DNA of 64,000 bases from Rebecca billardiae RCC1528 (Eukaryota; Protista; Haptophyta), in contig OZ251229.1 of NCBI GenBank assembly GCA_965240325.2, positions 372,001 through 436,000 of the forward strand, read 5' to 3'. Shown here piece by piece: positions 11,476 to 24,042 of this stretch (the first letter of the stretch is position 1; each line of letters starts with the position of its first letter). The notes beneath the pieces are model-generated. The model did not search any database. It was not told the origin of the DNA and saw nothing but the letters and a program-made list of their open reading frames with translations. A program made the translations under genes and the position numbers.

Positions 11476-14400
11476 CCCTCTCGAGGACCCGCCCCGGCCG
11501 GCCGTTACAGGGCCATTAGAAGGCGGTGCCTCTTACCTGATGCTCCCCCCCCCCCGACTCCTCGCCGGACATTGTTCGCGCGCGCGCGATCTCGATTCTT
11601 TGCCGCGGCGCGCGCACGCGTCCGCGCGTGCCGAAGCGGAGCAGGCTGGCACGCGGCGCGCGCGGACCAGCCGCCGCAGCACCCGGTCTCGGCGTCGTGC
11701 GACACCCGACGCCACGCCCCGCGACACTGCTGAGATGTCGAGCGCGCCGCGGCACGCCGCTCTCGACCACGACTCCATTCGGCGCAAGGCGACCGCCGAG
11801 CAGCGCCGCGCGCTCGGCAGCGTGCGCAGCAGTACAGCTTGCCCGTTCATCTTGTGAGACAGGCGCCGATGACGAGGCACTACTGAAGGCTACCCTTCTA
11901 CCACGATGGCCGCGCCCGCCTTCATGCGCGCGGTGGCGCGCATGCAGGCCGGCGGACCCTGCGAACCCGTAGAGGCTCGTGGCCGTCGGCACCGCGACGC
12001 CCTCGCACGGCCAGCGCGCGCGCCGAGAGTCGCTCGGCCCGCCTCCCGGACGGCAGCGCCGCCAGTTCCGCTGGGCTCGACCGTCCGACCACTCCACCGT
12101 TAAGCCCTGCCGCCACGGAACCGAGACGGGGGTGGTGACGAGGGGGGCGCTGTGGCAACGCGCTGCGAGTGCGCGCAGGGGCGATGGCCAGTGGCGTTGC
12201 CAGATGGTGGGGGCGATGCTACCGCGCCCAGCCAGCCGCCGCGGCTGAGCCGGTGCAGGTGAGCCCGCGCCCCGGTTGGCAACCGCGCGCGCGTGGACTG
12301 GCAACATCGCTCTCGCGCCGAGTCGCCAGCGTGCCGCGGACGGGGGCCGTGGGGCTGACTCCCGGACGTGGCGAACCCCTGCGGCACAGACGCCACTGCG
12401 CCCGCGCTGCCTGCCTGGGCAAGGCTGCCGTCGCGCCAGGCAGCGGCGGCCGAAGCGGGCCTGCTGTGCCGCGTGCATGTGCCGCGTGCGGCCCCGCGTC
12501 CTCGGCCTTGCCGTGCGGGCCGCGTGCGACAGCCAATGCGCGGCCGCAGTGGGCCCACGCACGCGGGCCGCGCCTTCCAACCGACGCGCGCCCCACCGGC
12601 CGGGCGCGTACCCGGGCCTGGCACGCAGCCCGAATGCGCTCGGCGCTCCTCGCGCCCCATGCCGCCAGACGATCGGCCGCGAGGAACGTGCCTGCTAGCG
12701 GACGCGGGCAATGGCGTGTGGGCCTGCCCGGCACGCCGTGCGCCGCGTAGAGGTTCTCGCCGCCTGCATGCTCGCAGCGTGGCGCCGCCCTCGCTGGCAC
12801 TCTGGCCGCAGCAACCGGGATTGGCGCCGAAGGAAAGTAAAGTCCGGGTGTGGGCGGCGGCCCCCGCCGCGGCCCGCGCGCGGCCGATTATTTCGCCCGC
12901 CCGGAAACATTGCTCGAGGCGAATGGCGGGCGGCGGCGTGCAGTTCGCCCCGGCTGCACGTGCAGTTCGCCCTTGCGCCGGTGGGCATGTCGCGGGCCTT
13001 GCACCTCTGTCGACAACGTTGACAAACAATGCGGCACCCAAGCGCAGACGTCAGTGTGCACGATCGAGGCAGTAGGCGTACAGACGCGATAGTTGCAGAG
13101 CCTTTTGTGATCATGCGAGTCATACATTGTCAGTGACTCTCGCCCAGGTCGTCTGCGCGCTGAACTGACGTTTTGACTGAGTGCCTCGAGATCGCCTCGA
13201 CGATGGCCCGTGCATTGCTTGAACACTCAACACAGTCCAAGCGGCCAACCAGACACACGTGCTCAGTTCCCTGTTGTACGCTCTGATGGGCTTACTTGAG
13301 GCGGCATGGCGCGCGCCCATACTGGCCCTACCTCGCCCGCACGCGCCTCGCGCGCTGGGCCGACCAGGTCGCGACGCACATGCGCAGTCACGGCTGAGAT
13401 TGCCCCGGCTGCCGGGCGGTGCCGCGCTCGCGTGCGCGCTGAGTCGCAGGCGCGGAGACGGCGACGACGAGCGAAGCGCGCGGGGCAGAGAGGAGGGCAG
13501 TGGCCTCCTACAGCAGCGCCGCCGGGCGCGCCGCCGTCGCGCGCACCTCAGCGCCCGCAGCGGCTCACGCCGTGCGCGCCACAACCGCCCCTCGACGGCG
13601 GCGGCGGCGGCGAGTGCCGCTGCGCCGCGGGAAGCTTTTGGACCCAAGCTCCAGCTGCAGCCCAACTGGACGTGCTGTACCCTGACTCCCCTTGCGCACA
13701 CAGCTCAGGCAGGCCAGATTGACGCCCTACTCGCCGGAGAAGCAGCGTTTATGGCGGCGCTTGGCCGCTTGCCGTGCAACGTCTCGCGATGATGCCCCGA
13801 AGCTCGCTGGCGCACAACCGTGGCGGTGGGCGCACGCGGCGCGCGTGGTGCACGGGCTGGGCTCTCAGACACATCCGCTGACGAATACTCCCTGCTCAGC
13901 GCGGGCCTGCACCGTCGCAGGAGGCTCACGGCCGCGGACGGCGTCGCACGCGCGAGGCTCTGCAATCCGGTGGGCGGCGCGCGGCGGTGTCAGTCAGCAG
14001 GAGCCGTGAGGGCAGGAGCCGCGCGCCGTCGCGATCCAATGCGGCGAAGCCCGGCTGGCACAGCCGCCTCGTCCGAGCGCCACCGCTGGCGGCGCCATTC
14101 ACGGTGGACGCTTCGGGCGCGCTCCGGCCACCGCGCCGCCGCCCGTCCGCGGCGTCGCAAGCCGACGTACCACACCGACCTGCGCCGTGGGCCGCGCTGA
14201 GCATCATTCGGGCAGATCTGAGGCGGTGCGCCTCATGAGCTGCGCGCGTGGGCTCCGCACACCGCTGTCGGCTCGTGCCAGCGTTGCGCAAGCACACACA
14301 ACGCGACGTCGACGCGGAGTCGGGTGTCGATCAGAGTCAGACATCCCGATCAGCAGTGGATTTGAAGCGCCCGTCGATCTTGAAAAAGAATTGAGTGCGA

Positions 14401-14500
14401 GAAAATCTGAAGTGCACTGAACTACCGGAAAAACCCTTTGGCCAACCGTGAACCGCCGACCGCCGTGCGTCCGCCGACAGCGCTGGCGCGAGCACCCTCG

Positions 14501-15931
14501 ATGTCACCGACGACGCGCGCGCCCCCCAAGGCGCGCTCGGCAGCGGCGGCCGTGCGGCTGACCGACCTGCCGCCCGAGCTGGTCGCGTGCATTCTCGGCC
14601 ATCTCGATCACGTGCGCGACCTCGCCGCCGCCAACGCCGCCGCGCGCGTCTTCCGCGGCGCGCCGCTCGAGCACGCGCTGCGCGAGCGCGCGGCCGCGCG
14701 CGGGCACGAGGCCGCGCTGCCGGCGAGTCTGCCCGTTGGCGTGTGCACGTGGGCGGAGGAGCTGCTCGCGCGCGAAGGAGTTCTTTCGCTCGCACACGTG
14801 CACACGCACGTCGTGACTGCTGCCGGAGACGCTTGGCGGAAGGGGTATTTCAGCGCGTTTGTCGACGTGGACGGCGGCGTGCACACGTGCGGCGCACCGC
14901 TGGGCCATCCCGAGCTCAGCAGGGAGACGCCCGTGCTCGTGCCGACACGTGTGGGCTCGCTGGTGGCTGTGCGTGTGAGTGCAGTGGCTGCTGGCAGCAG
15001 GCACCTGCTCGCGCTGAGCGCGGCGGGCGCCGTTTACGCGTGCGGCAGCAACGACTGTGGCCAGCTGGGCGTGGGCGACAAGGCTGAGCGACGGGCGTTC
15101 GCGCAGGTGGCTGCGCTGGGCGTGGAGCTCGTCGTCGGCATAGTCGCTGGCAGTTGCCACAGCCTTGCGCTCACGGCTGCGGGCGCTGCGTTCAGCTGGG
15201 GCCACAACTTATACGCCCAGCTCGGCCACGGCGACACGAAGCAGCGGCTGCAGCCGACGCGCATCGAGGCGCTGGACGGCGTGCGCGTGGGCGGCGTGGC
15301 CGCGGGCAGCTGGCACACGCTGCTGCTCTCGATCGGTGGCGAGGTCTACTCGTGCGGCATGGGCCACGACGGCGCGCTCGGCCACGGCGACAGCGCGCAC
15401 CAGCCGCTGCCCGTGCGCATCGAGGCGCTCGCGGCCGTGCGCGCCGTGCACGTGAGCGCGGGCCAGTACCACAGCCTGGTGGTGGACGCGGAGGGTGGCG
15501 CGCACTCGTTCGGAGGCAATATGGCAGGCGCGCTTGGACTCGGTGACAAGGCGAATCGCCGTGTGCCCACGCGCATCGAAGCCCTGGCGGGCGTGCGTGC
15601 CGTGCGCGCTAGTGCAGGCTTTCACACCAGCGCGGTGGTGTGCGCGGATGGCAGCGTGCACGCGTTTGGGAGCAACCACTGCAACCTTCTGGGGCTGGGG
15701 CTGGGGCACCGAATGATTCACACGCTGCCCGAACGGGTAGAGGGCCTCGCGCATGCGCGCGTGCTTAGCTGCTCGCTCGGCGAACGCCACGCCCTCTACG
15801 TTACAGCGGATGCCGGTGTGCACGCGTGTGGCCAACAGTCGGGCGCGCTCGGCCTGGGCGTGGTCAGAGATGGCGGATTGCAGCCGACGCTTGAGCCGGA
15901 GCGCGTGGGACGACTGCGGCCCCTGCGCTGA
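14501..15931 (+). CDS. F-box + RCC1-repeat beta-propeller protein (paralogue 1), intronless
   Basis: F-box-like RLTDLPPELVACILGHL; ~6 RCC1 repeats (AAGxxHxLAL...VYxxGxNxxGQLGxGD...PTRI). Confidence 0.9.
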   Translation: MSPTTRAPPKARSAAAAVRLTDLPPELVACILGHLDHVRDLAAANAAARVFRGAPLEHALRERAAARGHEAALPASLPVGVCTWAEELLAREGVLSLAHVHTHVVTAAGDAWRKGYFSAFVDVDGGVHTCGAPLGHPELSRETPVLVPTRVGSLVAVRVSAVAAGSRHLLALSAAGAVYACGSNDCGQLGVGDKAERRAFAQVAALGVELVVGIVAGSCHSLALTAAGAAFSWGHNLYAQLGHGDTKQRLQPTRIEALDGVRVGGVAAGSWHTLLLSIGGEVYSCGMGHDGALGHGDSAHQPLPVRIEALAAVRAVHVSAGQYHSLVVDAEGGAHSFGGNMAGALGLGDKANRRVPTRIEALAGVRAVRASAGFHTSAVVCADGSVHAFGSNHCNLLGLGLGHRMIHTLPERVEGLAHARVLSCSLGERHALYVTADAGVHACGQQSGALGLGVVRDGGLQPTLEPERVGRLRPLR

Positions 15932-16136
15932 GGCTGCACCACGCGCTGACACTCGCCTCGTACGACGAAGCGAGTGGACAGTGCAACGTCGCTGCCAGTC
16001 GGCAAGGCCGCTTCAGTAACGTTGAAACCACCGGCCGTCTGCTACATCGATTTCGAACCGTCGAATTCTCTCAGGAGGTTTCGATCACGACCTCAATTAT
16101 GACGACTTTGGCTGCTGATGGTTGCCTGAGCCGGGT

Positions 16137-16206
16137 AGTTTCCAGGTCTCTCTTCGGAGAGCGTGCGATGAAGGATGGCGCGGCAACCTGCCACCGTGAG
16201 CCTTAT
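16137..16206 (+). repeat. Dispersed structured repeat, copy 1 (3'-truncated)
   Basis: caggtctctcttcggagagcgtgcgatgaaggatggcgcggcaacctgccaccgtgagcctta also occurs at 33520, 33723 and (minus) 56746. Confidence 0.85.
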
Positions 16207-16534
16207 ACTAGAGAGTGAGTTGCAGCCGCCGCTGCACGCCGGCGGTCCCAGCTTCACGAATCACGACCATCACCTTCAGACGTTGATAGCCGGGTGCGGA
16301 CAGCGCGCTGCAGACTCGGCACTCGCTGATGCAGACGACGCCGCCGTGCGCACGTGCCAGCCCTGAGGACTTCTTAAATGAACTGCTCAGATTGATGGTT
16401 AGCTGGCAGCCGCAGCGTCATACTAAGACTCTTAGACAGCTGGCGGTCGTCATTACATTCGTCAAGGTAGCTGCTGCCGCCACGGTCCCGAGTGCTGCGG
16501 ACGCTGGGGCGGGTGGCGGGTGCAGCCTGCGTTG

Positions 16535-17130
16535 ACAACTGCGCAGGGCACGCATCAAGCGCGCGCCCGTACTGTCTACTGAGCCTCGCACCGTGTATGT
16601 AGGGCTGGTGGACGGCCGTACTGAACACTTGCAGGCGACGCCCGGTGCGCAGTAATCCAGTCGAGCAACACTGATTCGGCGCACCGCCGTCGAGAGTTCG
16701 GCAGCAGCAGGGCCAGGCAGCCAGGTGCCAACCGCGCAGGGCACGGCACGCATCAAGCGCGCGCGCCGACTGAGCCTCGGACCGTAGGGCTGGTGGACGG
16801 CCGTTAACACTTGCAGGCGAGGCCCGGTGCGCACATCCAGTCGAGCAACACTGATCGGCGCGCCGCCGTCGAGAGTTGCAGCAGCAGGGACAGGCAGCCA
16901 GGTGCCAACCGCGCAGGGCATGGCACGCATCAAAACAGTTGCAGGCGAGGCCCGGTGCGCAGATCCAGTCGAGCAACGCGGACGGCGGCGCGCCACTCCG
17001 TCGAGAGATGTAGAGAGTTGCAACCGCCGGGGCAGGTCGTTAGGTGACAACCGCGCAGGACACGCATCAAGCGTGCGCCTCCTGAGCGCCGGGCAGGAGA
17101 GCGGCCGTGATCAGTTGCAAGCGACGCCCG
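16535..17130. repeat. Degenerate ~180-bp tandem repeats (about 3-4 units)
   Basis: Recurrent blocks caaccgcgcagggca..gcacgcatcaa, ttgcaggcgaggcccggtgcgca and tccagtcgagcaac. Confidence 0.75.
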
Positions 17131-17494
17131 TCGTGCGGATCACTCGATCACTCGTCGAGCCGTCGGGATCACTCGTCGAGCGTTACAGATCGGTCATCCG
17201 GGCACCCGGTCGTGAGGTGCAGGCGAGGTGCAGGTGGAGGACGGCAGTCGACAGTTGCAGGTGACAGGGCGTGAACATCTTGCTCACACATCACCCCGAC
17301 GGTCCACACCCTCGGTCGCAGCCCCGCGGCGCCCGCGGTGGCATCTCGACCTCCCGTCACGGCGGTCAGCCTGGCCCGAGCGCCCCCTCTATTCCAGGGG
17401 CGTTCCCCGCATTGGTCATACGCCAAATTGAACCACCTTCCTATTGAAACGACCTTCCTCCATTCGAAGCGGGTACATTTGAATACGGAAAAAG

Positions 17495-17521
17495 GCAAAG
17501 CCCCCGCAGCGGGGGCTTTGC
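17495..17521. repeat. Perfect 13-bp-arm palindrome GCAAAGCCCCCGC-A-GCGGGGGCTTTGC
   Basis: Read directly. Confidence 0.9.
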
Positions 17522-17869
17522 AGTTTGCATTTCAGGAGCGTGTGGCAGGATCCCGGGAACGCCCTTGACTTTGGAGCGGGCCCCTCTTGACGAGCGAGTA
17601 TCATCGCGGTTGCTGTCCAAATAATGAGCCGCCAATTAACTTGAGTCGCGTCGGCTATAATCGATCGACGAATACGACCCCTGCGTTGAATACTTGTACC
17701 TCGCAGCTGTATATTGAACAATACTCATGGCCGCGCGGGGCCCAAATAGCGGCAACTCAAGCAGGAAAGGACAAACGCATACCTCACAGGCGGCTCACAC
17801 GTAGATTGGCACTATCTACTGTCGCAGCAAATATGTGCGAAGACTGTCCCAACCACGGGTACGCGGGGT

Positions 17870-17955
17870 AAAAGCCGGCGATCCGCTGACTTTCGGAGTA
17901 AAACCCCTCGATCCGCTGACTTTCGGAGTAAAAAGCGTCGATCCGCTGACTTTTC
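17870..17955. repeat. Three 30-bp tandem repeats (core cgatccgctgacttt)
   Basis: Core recurs with ~30-bp period; probably subterminal repeats of a DNA transposon. Confidence 0.85.
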
Positions 17956-18066
17956 ATAGGGAAAACTCCGAATTGTGGGCATTTTCGTATTGCTCACGCA
18001 CCTCTTCGCTACTCGTATTTTACACGATTAAGTAGAGTAGAATGTCGCCCCAGCAGTGCGTGGCGC

Positions 18067-18350
18067 CAGGGATGGGCAGATTCGCCGAATGGCCTCAACC
18101 TTCGCTTCTTCGCCGAATTCGCCGAATTCGCCGAATTCGCCGAATATGGCGAATTTCTGCGTATAGCGAACATTTCCTATCATCCCAATAGGCTACCGAG
18201 GGCTGCGTGACACAGTCAGCGGGCTGTGTGCGCCACGGCAGGCGCGTCAGGCGGTCTGCCGTGCATGCGGCGCCTATCTGCCTGTCTACTCAGAGTACTC
18301 TGACGAGTCGTCGGAGTCGAGGCCGACGGTCGCCGCCGCCCGCCGGGCCT

Positions 18351-18386
<36 letters not shown>

Positions 18387-18872
18387 CCTGCCGCAGCGTA
18401 GGCGATGGCAGCCTTCTGGGCGCGCTTGAGGTTGACAAGCAGCGGGACGACGAGGGCAGCTCGCTGGCGTCGCACGACACCTCGCCTGAGAGCGACGGCA
18501 GTGATGCCGCCGGCGTCCCCATGCGGGGTGACTCGGGCAGCGTGAGGATGACGAGGTCGAACCAGAGGCTGTTTCCGGTGAGAGCAGCGATGATGATGGC
18601 GACTGACGACGCTAGCGGTTGTCAGGCCGTGCGCAATGGGCTAGTCAACTAGCAACCCGTACAGCCATGCGCTGCCGCATGCGCCAGCTTACCGGGTAGC
18701 TAGTATATTACTATCTGCATTGAGGTGATGAGTCCGGGGGCGTCGCACACCCGACTGACCTCCCGGACAGGGGCATTCGCCACCTTCGCCGAATGCGCCC
18801 AGCCTTCGCCGTTCGCCGATTCGGCGAATTCGGCGAATTGAAAATTCGGCGATTCGCTTGCGCCCATCCCTG
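18067..18872. mobile_element. Non-autonomous hAT-type DNA transposon (806 bp)
   Basis: 11-bp TIRs CAGGGATGGGC / GCCCATCCCTG (Ac-like CAGGGATG), 8-bp TSD CGTGGCGC on both sides, and subterminal ttcgccgaa repeats at both ends. Confidence 0.92.
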
Positions 18873-21800
18873 CGTGGCGCAGACCGAACAGCTCACCGCC
18901 CAGATCGAGGACGCATACAGGCGTTGGACTCAGTCGCCCAAGGGACGACAGGCAACGCAACGTGACCCCAAGCGGGGCGGTCCCGCGCACGCTCTCAATA
19001 CTGAGGAGGCGGACCGCCGACAACCAGCAGTCACGTGCTCGCACTGTGGGCTACGCAACCACACCGCAGAGCGGTGCTGGAAGCTACATCCAGACTTGCG
19101 GCCACCCAGGCCGCCCGGTGCACCAAGGCAGGGCAACTTCAAGCCGCCCGCCAAGCCCGGCGGGCGCGACGGCAAGTTCATCAAAGTACCTCCGCCCCAA
19201 AAGCGGGCGGGGAGGCCGCGGGCCCAGATGGTGCAAGACGAGGACATCGACCCGGAACCCGATGACGCAGATCTCGAGCCGACGCAATACGCGTATCTGG
19301 ACTCGGGCGCGTCCCAATCATTTGTCGATATCAACCTCTGCCTGCTACACAATGCTCACCCGATCAGCATGTCTGTCAAGGTTGCCAAGCGCGACATTGA
19401 GCTACACGCATCCAAGGCAGGCGACATGTACGTATACTTACTCGACGCCGACTCAGACACAACCGTGCCGGTGTGCCTGGAAAACGTCGTCGGTGTCGAA
19501 GATCTCGATACTACTCTCTTTTCAGTCAACGCGTTCGCCGCGGTCGGAATGGTTGTGGTGTTCGACGAACGACCATACATCCGCATCGGCCCCAAGAGGG
19601 TTCATTTGCGCCCCGACAACACGGTCGGATTCAAGGCAGTCGTACCCAAGGCCGAGACAGCCATGCCGGCCACCGCGGACGACGTGCCACCAGACGTCGA
19701 CCCGATCAAGAACGGGCGGAAGATCACGCTCTGGCAATCCAGACTAGGATATGCCGATATCAAGCGTGTACGCGCAACCTACCGCGCGAACGACAAGATG
19801 TCGGAGGCATCGTCCTGCACGTACCAGCCCTCCGACGTTGCCAAGTTCAAGGCCAAGCCGTTCCCGGGCACACGTGAGAGAACAACTCGACCGCTCGAGA
19901 TGCTCCACAACGATGTCATCGGGCCCATCAACGGGCTGCCCGCAAAGACTCCAAGGTGGGGAACTCTATTCATCGATGATTTTTCCGGATACATGCGCTT
20001 CTACGACATGCAAAACAAGGCTGAAGCGCCGGAGAAGCTCGACCTCATGGCCAGCGAGATGGGAGCCAACTCTCTATCCGCCACCATGCAGAACAAGGGC
20101 ATCGCCGGATGCACCATTCACCTCGACGGAGGCCGAGAGTTACACTCAAAGAATTGGAACCGAGTCCTTCGCAGGTACGACATGCTATGCAACTACATGT
20201 CGCCCCCCCACACGCAGCAGCTGAACGGCGTCGCCGAACGTGGCCTCGGAGTCATCATGAATGACGCCAGGACAATGCTGTACCTCTCAGGCGTACACCA
20301 CAAATGGTGGTATTGGGCAGCCAAGTGCGCTGCCGCGCAACGCAACCTGATGAGCAAGCATCATACCAGCGATGGCAAGCTGGTTTCACCGCACGAGTTG
20401 ATGTTTGGCACCTCGCCCGGGCCCTTCCTGCAAAAGCTGAGAGTCTGGGGCTCGCCCTGCATCTACCTCGTACAGTCGATCAACAAGCAGAACAAGCTAC
20501 TCCCGCGCGCGCGGGAGGGCATCTTACTGGGATACGGATTTGACGGTATCTTCGAGCGAGGCGCCATCAAGCGATCGCACGGATACATCGTTTTGAGTGC
20601 CGACGACGGGAAAATCGTCATCACTCGGCATGTCAAGTTCAACGAGCAAGTCATTTTGGATCGAATCTCTACGCATTTCAAGGAGATCCGCGAAATTCGG
20701 GACCCCCTGCTGGCGTGTCACAGAGCGCTCGGCGACCCCCTCAAGGTGCAGATGCTGGTAAGACCCATGACAGCAACACCATCGAGGAGGGCGACGAAGA
20801 GTTTGCCAGCAGCAGCAGCGACGCCGACAGCGACTCTGAGCGCGGAGGAGACGATCCGCCATCGCCGGACGAGGAATCAGACGACGATGACAAGGACGAC
20901 AGGGACAAACCCGACGACGACGAGAAGGGAGATGATGGCGACGGCGACGACGGTGATGGAGACGGCCCCGGAGCTGGAGGCGGACCATCGCAAAGCAATA
21001 CGCCACCTCAGCCAAAGCAGCCTCCTCCCTCCGCCGATCGCCGCCCACAGCGGACTCTCAACATGACTGGCAAGTCATACTTCCCGCCGACACGGCGCGC
21101 GCGCGCGCGCGCAGCTCGCACAGCTCGCATCAGATATCCCGGTACCTACATCGTTCAAGGGAGCGATGGAGAGCAAGCAAGCATCCGATTGGACAAGGGC
21201 TATCATGGAAGAATACGAGGCCCACGACAGGCTGGGCACATTCACGCCCGTCATTGTTCCCAAAGGGAAAGCAATTATCCCATCGAAGCTGGTCTTCAAG
21301 GTCAAAGCCAATCCAGATGGTACCATCGAAAGGTACAAGGCAAGATTGGCGGGTCAAGGCTTCCGCCAGATTCAAGGAGTCAATTACGACGAGGTGTTCT
21401 CGCCTACTATCCGGTACGACAACGTACGCCTCCTATTGGCACTGGCAACGGAGCTACGAACACCAGAAAGACCTTGGGTCATCCACTCTGCGGACGTGAG
21501 TACGGCGTACCTACAAGCCCCATTGGAGGACGGCCTGAAGATCTACACTACGCTACCCCCGCTTTACCCGTGTGCCCTCAAGCCACCCGAGGGACACGTG
21601 GTCGCGGCTGACTGGGATATGGCCCTTCCAGGATTTCATTCGGAGTGCATCTTCGTCCGCACCTCAGGAGACATCATCGACGTCATCGCAGTGTACGTGG
21701 ACGACCTGCTTATTCTGCTGAGCAGCTCCCCCGACAGCGCAAGACCCAGCTCGATTATCGAAGAAATTCGAAAAGAATTCACCCTCCGGGATCTGGGACC

Positions 21801-22458
21801 AGCAACGACTTTCCTAGGCATGGGTATCGCCCAGGGCCCCAGGGGCCCAAGTCGACGACTATCTCCATGTCACGGTACATCACCGATCTCCGCAAGAGGC
21901 ACCGCACATGAGCGACATTACGCCCGTCGACAACCCATGCGGATCGGCTGCAGAGCAACCGACATCATCAATCCAGACAGACGATTCATCATCGTGCTCG
22001 TCGGAGGAATCAAAGACCTACGGAGCAATTGTCGGAGCGCTACTATTCATCATGAACACCTGCCGACCCGACATCAGCTACGCAGTCAATATGTTGGCAA
22101 GGCACATGGCGAGCCCAAGCTCGAGCGGCCTTACAGGTGCCAAGCAAGTGCTCAGGTACTTGGCCTGGACAAAGAATTCCGGCATCTCTTTCATCAAATC
22201 AACACCTACTCAGCCACGGACGGAGACGTTTGTGGACTCGGATTGGGCCAACGATACAAAGGATCGCCGCTCGACAGGAAGCTATATCTACTTCCACGCA
22301 GGCGGCCCAGTATCGTGGCGCACCTTCAAGCAGTCAATCACAACCCTCTCATCATGTGAGGCCGAATATGTCGCTCTCGCGGAAGGAGCCGAAGAGGCAG
22401 TTTACCTACGCGACGTCATCAGCGATATTCTCAATATTCCCAAGACGCCCATTGTGAT
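18873..22458 (+). mobile_element. Defective Ty1/copia retrotransposon internal region (gag knuckle, protease, integrase, RT, partial RNase H)
   Basis: CSHCGLRNHTAERC knuckle; YLDSGAS; integrase LHNDVIGP/FIDDFSG/HLDGGRE/NGVAER; RT YKARL, ADVSTAYL, VYVDDLL; RNase H FVDSDWA, RRSTGS, SSCEAEY. Copia domain order, with frameshifts, an RT deletion (ALPG|FHSEC) and no 5' LTR seen. Confidence 0.95.
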
Positions 22459-23686
22459 CCCTAACCCGGTGCCGCAAGCGACCAACGGTCCGCGACGTGA
22501 TGCCCACCGTGAGCGGATCACGCCGCGTCTGAAACTGCACCTCTCACTACACCTTCACCTGCCGCTCCCGTGCGGCGGCCGCCGACGCCTCACGAGCCGC
22601 CGGCTCGACCGAGCCCGATCCGCGCGACTCGGTACGCACTGCGGATATCCCCCTGCAACAGATAGGACTCAGTCCTATGCCATAGGACAAGATCACCAGA
22701 GCGCCAGCGCCTCAGTTCTGCGCGTACGATCATCGGTGTGGCTATATCGTACACACAACTCAACCGGCTATTGACACACACCGTCTCCGCCTGCCGCCAC
22801 TGCTACAGCGATCGGGCGCGCGCGCGCGTACGCGCGCGCGCGCGCGCTCGGTTGTGGGACAACCGTGAACCGGCGTCCAGGGACGGCCCCACAACCAGCA
22901 CATGACAGCGTCAGTTGCTCGCCCCTGGCAGCCGAGCGGCGACCCTGGGCACGGACGGCGCCGGCGGGTGCTCGCACCGGATGCCCGCGCTGCCGCCCGC
23001 ACCGCCGCCCACGCCGCCAGGCGCGTTGCTGCCCGTGGCACACCATTCTGGGGCGGGGCGAAGAGAGGGCAACCGCCATTGTGCGAGCGGCCACGGACCT
23101 CCCACGATGGTGGCAGCCGTCCTTGTGGACGATGAGCCCACGAATCCAATAGCGTGCGGGTCGAGCGTCGCGTAAATCGACTGCGGCACACGCATGGCGT
23201 GTCTACAGGTGCGATACCATCCACGCACGCGACATGGCAAGATGTTCCGGCTACCTCCGAGGCTTGCTCTACATGCGCGCCGATGCTCGATCGCAACCAC
23301 CTGACGCCGCGAGAGACCCGCAGCAGCTTGCGCGCGCAGCCCCGGCGTGACGTACAATGCCATGCTTGGCGAGGACCAAAACGCATTGTGGATGAACCTC
23401 ATACGGCTCCGGTCGAACACAGTGAACCACGATGTGTGAGCATCAAGCTGGGTGTCATCTACAAGTGCCACATGGCGGTCGGCGTTGCCGCCGTGGAGTC
23501 GCAAGGCGGCAACGACCGCGACGGCTTCACGCGCTCCATCCGTGGAGCCCAAAACATGCGGTGGTGGTCGAAAAGCACAACAAGCTCGCTCTGGCGGATG
23601 GTGGCGACACTGCTACCGACCCCTAGGTGCAGTCGTACCATTCGGCAATATGATAAAATGTCGTCTACTGAGTCGTCCAATGTGGC

Positions 23687-23725
23687 TGTCCTGTGGCATA
23701 GGACCCAGTCCTATGGCACAGGACA
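23687..23725. repeat. 39-bp hairpin (tgtcctgtggcataggac-cca-gtcctatggcacaggaca); related inverted copy at ~22645-22690
   Basis: Self-complementary with one mismatch. Confidence 0.75.
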
Positions 23726-23933
23726 GCAGTGGGATATCCGACTGGCGTCACGACACACCGAGCGGCGTGCGGCTGACTGCCCACGAATCGCCGCCCCGCA
23801 GCAACGGTGAGCTCGCACGCCGCGCGCGCATCTTCTCAAGTACATGGGCATCTCGTGTGTTCGGCGTCATTTTCCGTGTAGGCTTGACCCCCACCGGGGC
23901 GTCGCTCTCCCCAAGCGGCGTGTTTGGATTTGG

Positions 23934-24042
23934 CAAACCTTTGCCTGGTTCTGAAGCCTTTCCGGACCGCCAAGCCGAATCCGCCATCGTGCGGCCGGTT
24001 TGGCGGACCGGAAAGGTTAGTCAGAACCAGGCAAAAGGTTTG
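23934..24042. repeat. Imperfect ~45-bp-arm inverted repeat (MITE-like)
   Basis: aaacctttgcctggttctga..cctttccgg.ccgccaa.ccg pairs with cggtttggcggaccggaaagg..tcagaaccaggcaaaaggttt. Confidence 0.8.

Noticed and set aside
11700-14300. Genes among the many short ORFs
   Set aside because: No motifs and frequent stops; cannot be supported.
17870-17955. CRISPR-like array
   Set aside because: Only 3 units, the variable part is ~6 nt rather than a spacer, there are no cas genes, and the context is eukaryotic.
22458-22468. Telomere seed (ccctaaccc) at the copia breakpoint
   Set aside because: Only about 1.5 units, expected by chance.
22911-23552. Ubiquitin-like LRLHGG or glycosyltransferase remnant
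   Set aside because: Isolated short matches without supporting context.
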